A stretch of 64,000 nt of DNA from Hypanus sabinus (taxonomy: Eukaryota), in contig NC_082739.1 of assembly GCF_030144855.1 (NCBI RefSeq), positions 17,360,001 through 17,424,000 on the forward strand, given 5' to 3'. Position 1 is the stretch's first letter; every line of letters begins with the position of its first letter. Below are positions 41,201-53,200 of this stretch, piece by piece. Made by a program: the position numbers and the translations under genes. Under the pieces are notes generated by a model that had not been told where the DNA came from, searched no databases, and saw nothing but the letters and a program-made list of their open reading frames with translations.

Positions 41201-44200
41201 ATATTCTACCAAATCTCTGCAATGAAACTCCTTCCGTATTACATTAAGCACTTAATTCAATTCTTGCTATACTAATTCTTGTACCACTCCATTCATTCTA
41301 TTAAATGTCTATCATCATAAGCTTATTAATCTAAATTATTTTTAATTTTTCTTTTTCTTTCCAGTTTGCTGGTATCAATTACAAATGTTATTGTGTTCTA
41401 ACTTTTTATGAGTGTGTTCACTTTATAAGAATCCCAATTGAAATTGTAAGCTAATTAAACATTACCTTCTGGGCAGTAATATCCTGCAGGACATGGGTGA
41501 GGTGCCTGCACTCCTTGCAAAGAGTTAGAAAAATTGCTGGATGTTAAATGACAGGAAAATCCAACAGGACAAGGAATGCAGGAGGCCTTAATGGAAAAAT
41601 AAGTTAATTAGATTGTTATCCATGAAATACATCCAAAAGTGTAAAATCTAAAATGGGGAAGAGTTAAATTTAATTAAGATTTTTTTTTTAAAAAAAGATG
41701 AAAACAGTGTTTGTGTGCAGAAATATATAAATTTGCAGTCAGAGTAGGTCACTTGACTCCTCAATTTTGCTCTTCCATTCAATAAGAATATTGCTGTTCG
41801 GTTTGTAACCTCAACTCTCCTTACCATCAGACCAACCTTTCATCTTGTCATTTTAACTCTCCCTTAAAACATTAGATTCTGCTTTTACAGCCTTGAAGGA
41901 AGAATCCTGAAGCCCAACGGCCTTCAGAGAAAAGAAAATCTCATCTTCATCTTAAACATGTGAACCACATATTGTTACAACAGTGACCCCAGTTCTAGAT
42001 TCTCTCACTGGAGTAAACATCCTCACCACCTTCACCTTTTCAAGACCTCTCAGTATTTTTCAGATTTCAGTCTGTCACCTTTCACTCTTTTAAACTTCAG
42101 TGGATACGGCCTAGCCTCTCCAAGCCTCTCATAATCCACCCATTCCAGGTATCAGTTTATTAACCTTCTCTGAATTGATTTCCTCAAGGTACCTCAAGGT
42201 AAGGTGACAATATAATTGATTTTCCGGGTATGGGCTTATAGACAACTGAAGCAGACCTCCCTACTTCTGTACTTCATTCTCCTCACAATAAACAATAACG
42301 TTGTTAGTTATCCTAGCTACTTGCTCTATGTGCTTACTATTTTTATGAAGCATGCAATGCAGACCTTTCTACATCTCAGAGATTTGCAAGCTCTCAACAG
42401 TTAGACAAAGTGCTTCTCTTATTTTTTCCTGTGTTAAAATGGTCAATTTCTTTATGTTGGGGCCCCTTCATCTCACCAAGTAAAAACAACCCTTTCTTAT
42501 CTCCTTTTTTGCTTCCTATTAGCCAGCCAATCCTTCTATGCCAAATGTACCTCTGCATACACTGTGTAACATCAGTCTACCCTGAGTTATGGGCAGAAAT
42601 TTAGATTTGACCACTTTTGGACTGGGACATTAAAACATGAAGATACAGGTGTAGGAGGAGGTGATTCTGTGATGGGAGAGTGGTGGAAGTCTGAATTTTC
42701 TGGGATTGCCCCAGCCTGTATCCCTTCATGCCTTGACCAATCAAAAATCTATCAATTTCTGCCTTAAACACACTCTTGGCTTCCACAGCCACTCTGTGGC
42801 AATGAATTCCACAGATTCACCACTCTCTGGCTTAAAGAACTCCTTCCCCATCTCCATTCTAACATGACACCTCTCTATTCCGAGGCTTTGTCCTCTGTTC
42901 TTAGACTCTCCCACCATAGGAAGCATCTTCTCCATGTCCACTCTATCAAGGCCTTTCACCATTCGATAATTTTCAATGAGGTCATCCCTCATCCTTCTGA
43001 ATTCCAGTGAATACAGGCCCAAAGCCATCAAATGCTCTTCATATGACAAGCCTTTCAATCCTGGAATCATTTTTGTGAGCCTTCTTTGAACCCTCTTCAG
43101 TTTCGTCACATCCTTTCTAAGATTAGGGTCTCAAAACTGTACTCAAAGTGAGGCCTCAACAGTGCTTTATAAAGTCTGAATGTTACATCCATGGTTTTAT
43201 ATTCTAGTCCTCTTGAAATGAATGCAAACATCGTATTTGCCTTCCTCACCATCGATTCAACATGCAAACTAACCATAAGGCAATCTTGCATAAGGATTTC
43301 CAAAGCAATTTGCATCTCAGTTTTTTGTATTTTCTCTCCATTTAGAAAATAGTCAACCCTTTCATGTCTTCTACCAAAGTGGGGAACCACACACTTCCTG
43401 ACACTGTGTTCCATCTACCCACTTCTTTGTCCATTCTCCTAAGCTGTCCAAGTCCTTCTGTAATCTCTCTACCTCCTCCAAACTATCTGCTCCTCCAGCT
43501 ATCTTCATATCATCTACAAACTTTGCAACAAAGCCAGCAATTCTATTATCAAAATCATTAACATATAACATAAAAAGAAACGGTTGCAACACAGACCCCT
43601 GGGGATCACCACTAGTCACCTGCAACCAACCAGAAAGGGCTCTCTTTATTCCCACTCTTTGCCTCCTGTCAATCAGTGATTGCTTTAGTCATGCTAGAAT
43701 CTTCCCTGTAATACTATGGGCTCGTAGCTTGTTAAGCAGCCTCTTGTGTGACACCTTGTCAAAGGCCTTCTGAAAATCCAATTACACAACATCAACTGAT
43801 TCTTTTTTGTCTATCCTACAGACATGGTGCAGTAATGCAACAGTGAATGATTCTGAGGATGAATTCAAATATTACACATTTTTATGCAATAGTATGCAAT
43901 GCAAATATTTAAACAATAAATTCTCTACAGGTGATTACTCCACATCTGAAATGAAGTGAAACTTCAGAGCTGGTTTATTATATTTGAAATCTGCAAGTAA
44001 AAATATATTTCTTCAAACTCAGAGAAAGATAAACTGGCCCGGAGGTAGGCATCATGGGTTCACTAGACTTGGGGTGAAGAGATTAAGATAATCTTAAACA
44101 CAGTGGAGTTTCGAAGAATAGGAGGTAACCCCATTGCAGACCCTTTGAATAACTTAAGGTGACTAGTTACATGGGAAATGAAAAGCCGATGCTGGAATAT

Positions 44201-47200
44201 GAAACAAAAACACAAATTACTGGTGGAACTCAGCCAATCAAGCAAAAGCTGTGGAAGGAGGCGCCAATGAATATTTTTGGTCATGGACCAAGAAAAGAGT
44301 AAAGGGGTAGTTATATACTTGATAACCAAGTGAGTGAAAGTTCCTGGGAATATAGATTTTGGGTTACAATCAGATCAATTATGATCTTATAAAATGGTGG
44401 AGCAGGCAAGTGTCCTAATTGTCTATTTATTTCCTGTGTTTGAAACATATCAGATAGTGCAGTCGGTCCACAGGTAAGATGCTGAGAGGCTATCCCTCTG
44501 GATGGGGAATATGTGCAAAACATTGTCTGCTCAGGATATTATTTGCTGTTTAAAACTGAGATGAGAAAGTATTTCTTTACTCAAAACATAGTGAATTTTT
44601 TGAATTCTCCACTTCTGAAGGATATGGATACTCAGTACACCCAAGACTTAGTGAGTGTTTTTGGCACTGAATAAATTGAAGGTTATGGGAAAATGGGTCA
44701 GGAATGCGAAAGAGATTGAGAATTGTTTTTGACATTGAAAGGCAAAGCAGGCTCATGGGCCTGTATGACTAATCCCTGCTTGGAATTCTCACATTATAGG
44801 TAAACTGCTCACAGCTGAGAGTCTGACTGCACTCATTTTCTATTATGTCCGTTCTATAACAGTACTGTGCAAAGGCCCAAGTCACATACTGTACACATAG
44901 CTAGGGTGCCTAAGACTTTTGCACAGTACTGGAGTAATTTTCTGTATTACACTGTACTGTTGCAAAAAACCCCACAGATTTTATGATATATGTGAGGGAT
45001 GATAAACCTGATTCTGGTATGGGTCTCTGTTGTGGACTGAGAGTGGGAAGAGGTCAGGGAGAGGGAAATCATGGTTGGGAAGGGAAGGGGAGAGAGCAGA
45101 AAGCACCAGAGAGACATTGGAATCAATTGATCTTGCCTGGTGTCTCAGGGCTGGATGTGTCATACCCATGCCACCCCCCCACCCTGGCACTCCTTCTGTC
45201 ACCTATCCCACACCCTCTCCTGTGGCATTCCACCCTTGCCATTCCCAACATCCTTTGCTCCTGCCAGATTTTACAAACTCGCTCTCTATCCTACATTGAC
45301 AAATACACCCCACTGTAAATCTGTGCCTAAGACGTTTGCAAAGTACTGTACATCCATAGCAAATGATGAGCATTCTTGTACACCTAATACGATTCCATAG
45401 TGCCTAGTGAAAATGTTTGCAGTGTCAGCAATCAGGGTTCAATTCCCACAATTTTCTGTAAGAAGTTTGTGCGTTCTCCCCGTGACTGTGTGGGTTTCCT
45501 CCAGTTTCCTGCCATTCTAAAAACGTATGGATTAGTAAAGGTTAGCAAGTTGTGGCCATGGCACAATCCTAACCCTAATGCATTTCATTGTATGTTTTGA
45601 TGTGCATGCGATAAATAAAGCTAATTTTTAATCTTGAGACTGCAGGTGCTGGAATCTGGTCCGATGGACTATCGTCATACTATACGGACTATCGAACATA
45701 CTTTGTACGTTTGGATGCTGTTCGTAGACTTCAGTTCAGCATTCAACACAATCATCCCTCAGAAACTGATTGGAAAGCTTAGCCTACTGGGCCTGAACAC
45801 CTCCCTCTGCAAATGGATCCTAGACTTCCTGACTGGGAGACCTCAGTCAGTCCGGATCGGGAGCAGCATCTCCAACACCATCACACTGAGCATGGGGGCT
45901 CCCCAGGGCTGCGAGCTCAGTCCACTGCTGTTCACTCTGCTGACCCACGACTGTGCTGCAACACACAGCTCGAACCACATCATCAAATTCGCCGATGACA
46001 CAACCGTGGTGGGTCTCATCAGCAAGAACGATGAATCAGCTTACAGAGAGGAGGTGCAGCAGCTTACGGACTGGTGCAGAGCCAACAACCTGTCTCTTAA
46101 TGTGAACAAAACAAAAGAAATGGTTGTTGACTTCAGGAGGGCACAGAGTGACCACTCTCCGCTGAAAATTGATGGCTCCTCAGTAGAGATTGTAAAAAAT
46201 TTCTTGGTGTTCACCTGACGGAGAATCTCACCTGGTCCCTTAACACCAGCTCCATAGCAAAGAAAGCCCAGCAGCGTCTCTACTTTCTGCAAAAGCTGAG
46301 GAAAGTCCATCTCACCCCCCCCCCCCCCATCCTCATCACATTCTACAGGGGTTGTATTGAGAGCATCCTGAGCAACTGCATCACTGCCTGGTTCAGAAAT
46401 TGCACCACCTTGGATCGCAAGACCCTGCAGCGGATAGTGAGGTCAGCTGAGAAGATCATCAGGGTCTCTCTTCCCGCTATCATGGACATTTACACTACAC
46501 GCTGCATCCGCAAAGCAGACAGCATTATGAAGGGCCCCATGCACCCCTCATACAACTTCTTCTCCCTCCTGACATCTGGAAAAAGGCTCCGAAGCATTCG
46601 GGCTCTCACGACCAGACTATGTAACAGTTTCTTCCCCCAAGCTATCAGACTCCTCAATACTCGAAGCCTGGACTGACACCTTGCCGTATTGTCCTGGTTA
46701 TTATTTATTGTAATGCCTGCACTGTTTTTGGGCACTTTACGCAGTCCTGTGTAGGTCTGTAGTCTAGTGTAGCTTTCTCTGTGTTGTTTTTTATTACGTA
46801 GTTCAATCTAGTTTTTCTACTGTGTCATAAAACACCATGGTCCTGAAAAATGCTGTCTCATTTTTACTATGTACTATACCAGCAGTTATGGTCAAAATGA
46901 CAATAAAAGTGACTCGACTTGACTTGATCTGCTGGAGGAACATAGGAAATCAAGCAGAATCTGTGAAGGTAAGGATCTGCCAATGTTTTGGATCAAAACC
47001 TTGCCTTAGGACTCTTGAATAATCTTGTACTTTGTACCTGTCCAGCCTGGTCCTGATATGTGCCAGAGGAACACGGTTGTTGTTCTGCACTTCCCTGAGG
47101 ACATTGGTGTCCTTTAGCACAAATGAAAGGAGCTGGTCTGCTGGAATTCTGGGCAGCTGGACAATAAAACCCAGCATCACAGGCTTGGGAAGGTGAAATG

Positions 47201-50200
47201 AGTCCTTTCCTGTCACAGGAAAATCCTAGCAAAGAAAACAAACTTTTCAATATTTTTCATGCTGCTGAGATACTAAAATTTACTAAAACTTTAATGTGCA
47301 AGATTATCTTTTATTCCAAATGTTCTGCTTAAAAGCTGATATTCAGAATCAAGCTCTGCAAGGCAGTGACCCCACCAAGAAGGATCCGTTTCACTTCACA
47401 TTAACATCACTCAACTGGTAGCAAGCTGGCATGTTTCACCAGGAGTGCCTCATTTACTTGGATTTTCAAAGGGCCTTTGTCAAAGTGCCACAAATGAGGC
47501 TGCTACACACAGTTGGAGCCCATGGTATTACAGGAAAGATACTAGCTTTGAGAGAAGATTGGCTAAATGGCGGGAGGCAAAGAGTGGGAAAAAAGGGGAC
47601 CTTTTCTGGTTTGTTGCTAGTGACTAGTGGTGTTCCACAGGGGCTGGTGTTGGGTCCATTATTTTTCACATTATATGTTAATGATCTGGATGATGGACTG
47701 ATACTTTGTGCCAAGTTTGCAAATAACAAGAAGATAGGTGGAGGGGCATGTGGTATTGAGGAAGGAGAGAGACTGCAGCAGAACTTAGCAGAATAGCAGA
47801 AAGAGCAAAGAAGTGGCAGATGGAATACAGTGTAGGGAAGCATATGGCCATGCACTTTGGGAGATGGAATAGCAAAGGAGGAGCAAAGGGTCTTGGGAAT
47901 CCTAGTGCATGATTACTTAGGGGTTAACTTACAGGTTGAGTCCATGTTGAGGAGGGCAAATGTAACGTTAGCATTCATTTTGAGAGGACTAAAATATAAA
48001 AGCAAGGATATAATGTTGATGCTATATAAGCATTAGTCAGACCATACTTAGAGTATTATGAGCAGTTTTGAGCCCCATATCCAAGAATGGATGTGCAAGC
48101 ATTGGAAATGTCCAGAGGAGGTTTATGGGAATGATATTGGGAACGAAAGGGTTCATATATATGAGGCTCTAGGCCTGTACTCACTGGAGTTCAGAAGGAG
48201 TGGGAAATCTCATTGAAAGCTACTGATTATTGAAAGGCCAAGATAGAGTGGATGTGGAGAGGATATTTCCTATAGTAGGAGCATCTAGGACCAGACTCAG
48301 AGTAGAAGGACATCCCTTTAGAACAGATATGACAAGGAATGTCTTTAGCCAGTGGGTGGTGAACTTGTGGAATTTATTGCCACAGGCAGCTGCGGAGGCC
48401 AAGTCATTGGATATATTTTAAGGTGGAAGTTGATAAGTTCTTGATTAGTAAGGATGTCAAAGGTTATGGGGAGAAGGCAAGAGAATGAGATTGAGAGGGA
48501 TAATAAGTCAGCCATGATGGAATGGTGGAGCAGACTTGATGAACTAAGCGACCTAATTATGCTCCTATAACTTATGGTCATATGGTAACTAGCATAACAT
48601 CCCTGTTAAATGCCATGCCTTTTCGATAATAATGTACAGTACTCTCCATGCATTCTAACTCCATTTGTGCTCTTTGGAAGTATGCTCCAAGACCCATTTT
48701 GTTCCTCTATATGATCAACATTACCCCATTTATTGCATAATCCCTTCAGCATTGCATTTCCCCAAATATACTACTTCGTATTTCTCTGGATTTAATTCCA
48801 TTTGCAGGATTCACTCACTAGTTTCCTGTTGTAGGGTTAGAACCTGGCACCGCTGTGAGAGGTAACACAGATTTTCCCTCCATCAAATACCTGAACACAG
48901 CAGTGAAACTTTGGCCACAACTATGCTTTGCTTAGCAGAATCATTTACCAGAGGGTTTTCAGAAATCCTATTTGCATCCTGATCAGTGGAAGCCTGCATT
49001 AACATGAGGAAAGGGAAAGCAGCTTTGATCACATCAAGCTACTCCCCAAAACTGATGTATTACTCATGAATCGCAGCTACTTTGACAATGCAGGAAATCC
49101 AACAGTCAATTTTCAGACAGCAATTCAGTTTTATTTTTAAGATGTGGCCATCATCAGCTAAGCCAGAATTTATGCCTAACTGCCTTTCAAAAGGTGCTGT
49201 GAAGCCACCTTCTTGAACTGCTGCAGTTTTTCTGGTGAAAGTTCTCCCGTGATACCGCTGGGCAGAGAGCTCCAGCATTTAAAATTAGTAATAACAAGGT
49301 GCTGAAGAAGGAATAAATTACAAAGATTCCAAGATGTCTTTTGCATAGAATTCTGGGGCCGCCTTCTTCAAACTACGAGGGCAGTCCTTTTCGATTTAGT
49401 GCCTAACCTGAGCATTGGCAATTACAATAATACAGAATATAGTATTGCAGTGACATACCAGTCCAGATTACTCACTTAAATCCTTGGTATTGATCTTGAA
49501 TCTAAAATCTTTTAACCCAGTGAGGGAGATGTTACAACAGATACTATTTATGATATTCAATCTTTGCATATACAGATGAAACTCCTTAAGAAATAGATAT
49601 TCTTATATTTATGTTCCACTGGAATTTTGTCATGGAAATTGGCAGTGAACTGTGTAATTTTACACATTTTTTTTTACATATAATTAACAAACTTTACAGT
49701 ATAGCATAAGTTACCAAATTTATGATCTCCCAGAAAAAGCCAGGTTGAGTTAGAAGAACAATAATAGAGGTGGAGCCAGCCAGACTAAACCAAATATTCT
49801 TGAGCTCATTGATGTACTTGAAGCAAAGGGCAATGAAGTGATTACCTGGGGGGCATGAAAGACAATCTTCTACCCTGGAGTTCTGAGAGCTGTTGCTATA
49901 ATAACCAAGTGGACATGGCTGAGGAGCAGTAGCTCCACTGACACAGAAATGTCCTGAAGGACAGGCTTTTCCAGAAATACCATCATTTGGAGTTGGAGTT
50001 GTCGCCATCTTCACACAGTAATATCCAGCAGCACAGAGTCCTGTGACACCTGCTTGACCAACCCCTTCACAGTAACGTCCTAAGGGAAACAATAAAGATA
50101 TCAATTTCAAAGAGTATTACATTTTCTTAGTAAAGTGTCATTCATCTATTGCTCTCTGACAAAGCGCTCGAGGAAATTTTCACTTCAAAATTCCAGATAA

Positions 50201-53200
50201 AGATTTTTGTTTCTTTGGGCCTGCAGAAACCTGAGTAAAACAGTTCAATTTTTAATGCCAAATCAATTTCCATGGGCAATTTTTAAGTTTAGAAATGATT
50301 TCACATTAGTAATACAATGATAAGAAACTATTAACAGCAACGGCAAACTATCTTTTGACACCAGGAGTGCAGAGTGATATTTTGGGAGTCTTAATTAGAC
50401 AACTGTAACCAGAGTGCCGGAGAGGAATCCAGCAATGGCATCTAGAAGCTCAGAAAAACCTTCAAGGAACAGGAATGAGTGACAGTGGCAAAATAAGCCT
50501 GAAAGTTAAAATAGAATTTTCTGAGTAAATTACTCTTTTCTTTGTAAACATTCAAAGCAATGTTGAAATGAAGCCATTGCTACAAAGGGGTATGGAAAAA
50601 GTGGAGAGGTGTTTTGAAATTCAGGACTCCATGAAGTGGGTTCACAACTCATGAAAACAGCTCTGATGTGCTATTGTGGTCCCTCAGTAAACGAGATACA
50701 GTATGCAGATAATGGGTCATTTGTGCATATACAGAGGCTAAGCTCCAAGTCATTGTAGACTATACTGAAGCATTAAGAATACGAGTTTTATACTTAACAT
50801 CTCCTATCACCACCCAGCCCCTGCTGTACAACACCATTCTCAATAACAAAGGATCATAATGAGATCTTAGAAATTTCAATTCTCTTCCCATTTCTCAGGA
50901 GCTAACTTTCAGTGAAGGTGGAAAGGATATTCACTATCCAGGTTCAGGAGGCTTTTTGCTAAACTCAGCTTTTTAGCACAGCAGAAGAAACTGTTCAAGG
51001 TTCACGGTGTTTATTGTTAATGTTTATTTGTAGTATTTCATCATCTTTGAGGAATAATACTTTCAAGGATCAGGAAGTGTCCTGTTAACTGAGTCTCCAA
51101 TCTGATCAGAAGAAAAAAGTATTGTGTGTTAAGGCTCCTGCCATCTGACCTAATCAATGCAACTGCGGGGGGGGGGGGGGGGGAAGCGATGCAGATGACT
51201 GCCAAAAACAAAGTTATAAATATTGGAAGACAGTAAGGGGGAAGGAGTTACAGAGATGAGCACAGTGTCCACTCTTCAGCCTTGATTTGCGAAGGAACTC
51301 TTCCCAGAGCATAGTTTCCTAGAGCCTTTTTTAGGCCAATGGCATGTTCATCCGTACAAATCTTGGTTAAAGTTATTACTCAAAATAAATGTGTTCTATT
51401 TAAGAGTACAGAGAAAAATCATAAGGATGTTGCTGGTACTTGAGGACCTGAGTTATACGGAAAGGATGAATAGGTTAGGACTTCATTCCCTGGAGCATAG
51501 GAGAATGAGGGGAGATTTGATAGAAGTATAAAAAAAATGAGGGTTATAGATAGGGTAAGTGCAATCAGACTTTTTCCACTGATGTTGGGCGAGAGGTCAT
51601 AGGTTAAGGGTGAAAGGTTATATTTTTTAAGGGGAACCTGAAGGGGTCTTTATCACCCAGAGGGTGGTGAGAATGTGGAATGTGCTACCAGTGGAATAGG
51701 TGGATGCAGGTTTGATTTCAACATTTAAGAGAAGATTGGATAGGTACATGGATGGGAAGTCTATAGTCCAGGTTCAAGTCGATGGGATTAGGCAGAATAA
51801 TAGCTTGACACCAAGTAGATGGGCCAAAGGGCCTGTTTCTGCGCTGTAGTGATTCTATGACTGTGAATCTATGACTGTTTAAAATAAAACAGTGACGTTT
51901 AATCTGCTTTGTTAGCTGGAATTATATCCTCCTTGGTTTGGTGGAGGGGGAATCACCACTCAAAATAGTAATTATTGAGAGCTAAGACCCTTTGGAAGAA
52001 ACTAAAATAGTTGAGTTAATAAGCGGTCCCGCTGCAATCCAGGAGAGACGATGCTGGAGGCGGTATAGCATGGAGTCTGTGTTTGGTTGGGAGCTTCCTC
52101 TCCTGTCAGCACTACACTCTAGCGTTTGACCAGCAGCTGGACAGGCTGGATTGCTGGGAGTTGTACCATTAACTTGCACGTTCCTCAGGGACTTGGACCC
52201 AGGGATGTGTGTTTTCTTGCGAAATGATGTGTTTTTGTTTCTCTCTCGCTATTTTGAATGTATGTTACACACCTGGGCCCCAGATGATCACTGCCTCGTT
52301 TGACTGTATCCATGTATGGTCTGAATGATAATTAAACTAGATTTTATTTGATAGTATTTTGAAATATAGGCTAATATAATTTCCCAAAAACTTTTAGACA
52401 CCTATATCCAAAAGACTAACGGTCTTGGCTTAAGTTTAAGACTCTGGAACAGGTACACTTAATAGCATCACAAAGGCAGACATTAATGATGCTATTCATT
52501 GTCATCTTTAGTGCACCAACACAGCCTTTGGATGGCTAATGAAATGTGCATTTGAAGATCAATATCTCAAAATTTTACCAGGCACCAGTGATTGCTGCCC
52601 TTCTTTATACTTCTAAGGCTCAGAATACTTACAAATGCACCTAACTGCAATGAAAACCAATAGTCTCGCTACTAAATGATTTCAGTCCACAAGAAGGATT
52701 ACTTACCCAACATTAACGCCCTCTCCAAGACCAACATCCCCAGCACTGAAATCTTAATTACAATTCCAAACAATGTCATTTGACTACCAAACATTAGACT
52801 CCTGAAACAGTCGTACTGTTCTAAGCTGGCAGGGGAAGATACTACCAAGTGTGACAGACAACAACTTAGACAAATAGCATCTTGATAAAATACTGCATTC
52901 CTAGTACCTAGAGGGAATTTCTAGCACTTGGTTGCTCTAAATGGAGAAGGGGCCTTTGGATTTGCACTGAGACCTCAAGTGCATAAATTTGGAATGCACA
53001 GAAGCTCAGTATAAACAGTAGAAGGAGTGTTACTTCCCAATAACCCTACTGTCCATCTGGTCAGACTCCTCCTCTACCAACTTTGGAAAGTCCATGGTTC
53101 TCACATTGGCCTTAGTCACCTCAGAATCTACAGAGCTTGAAGTGAAAGTCATCCCTGATGCTGAAGTGCCACCAAAGAAAGAGTAATAGAGGGATTTGGT

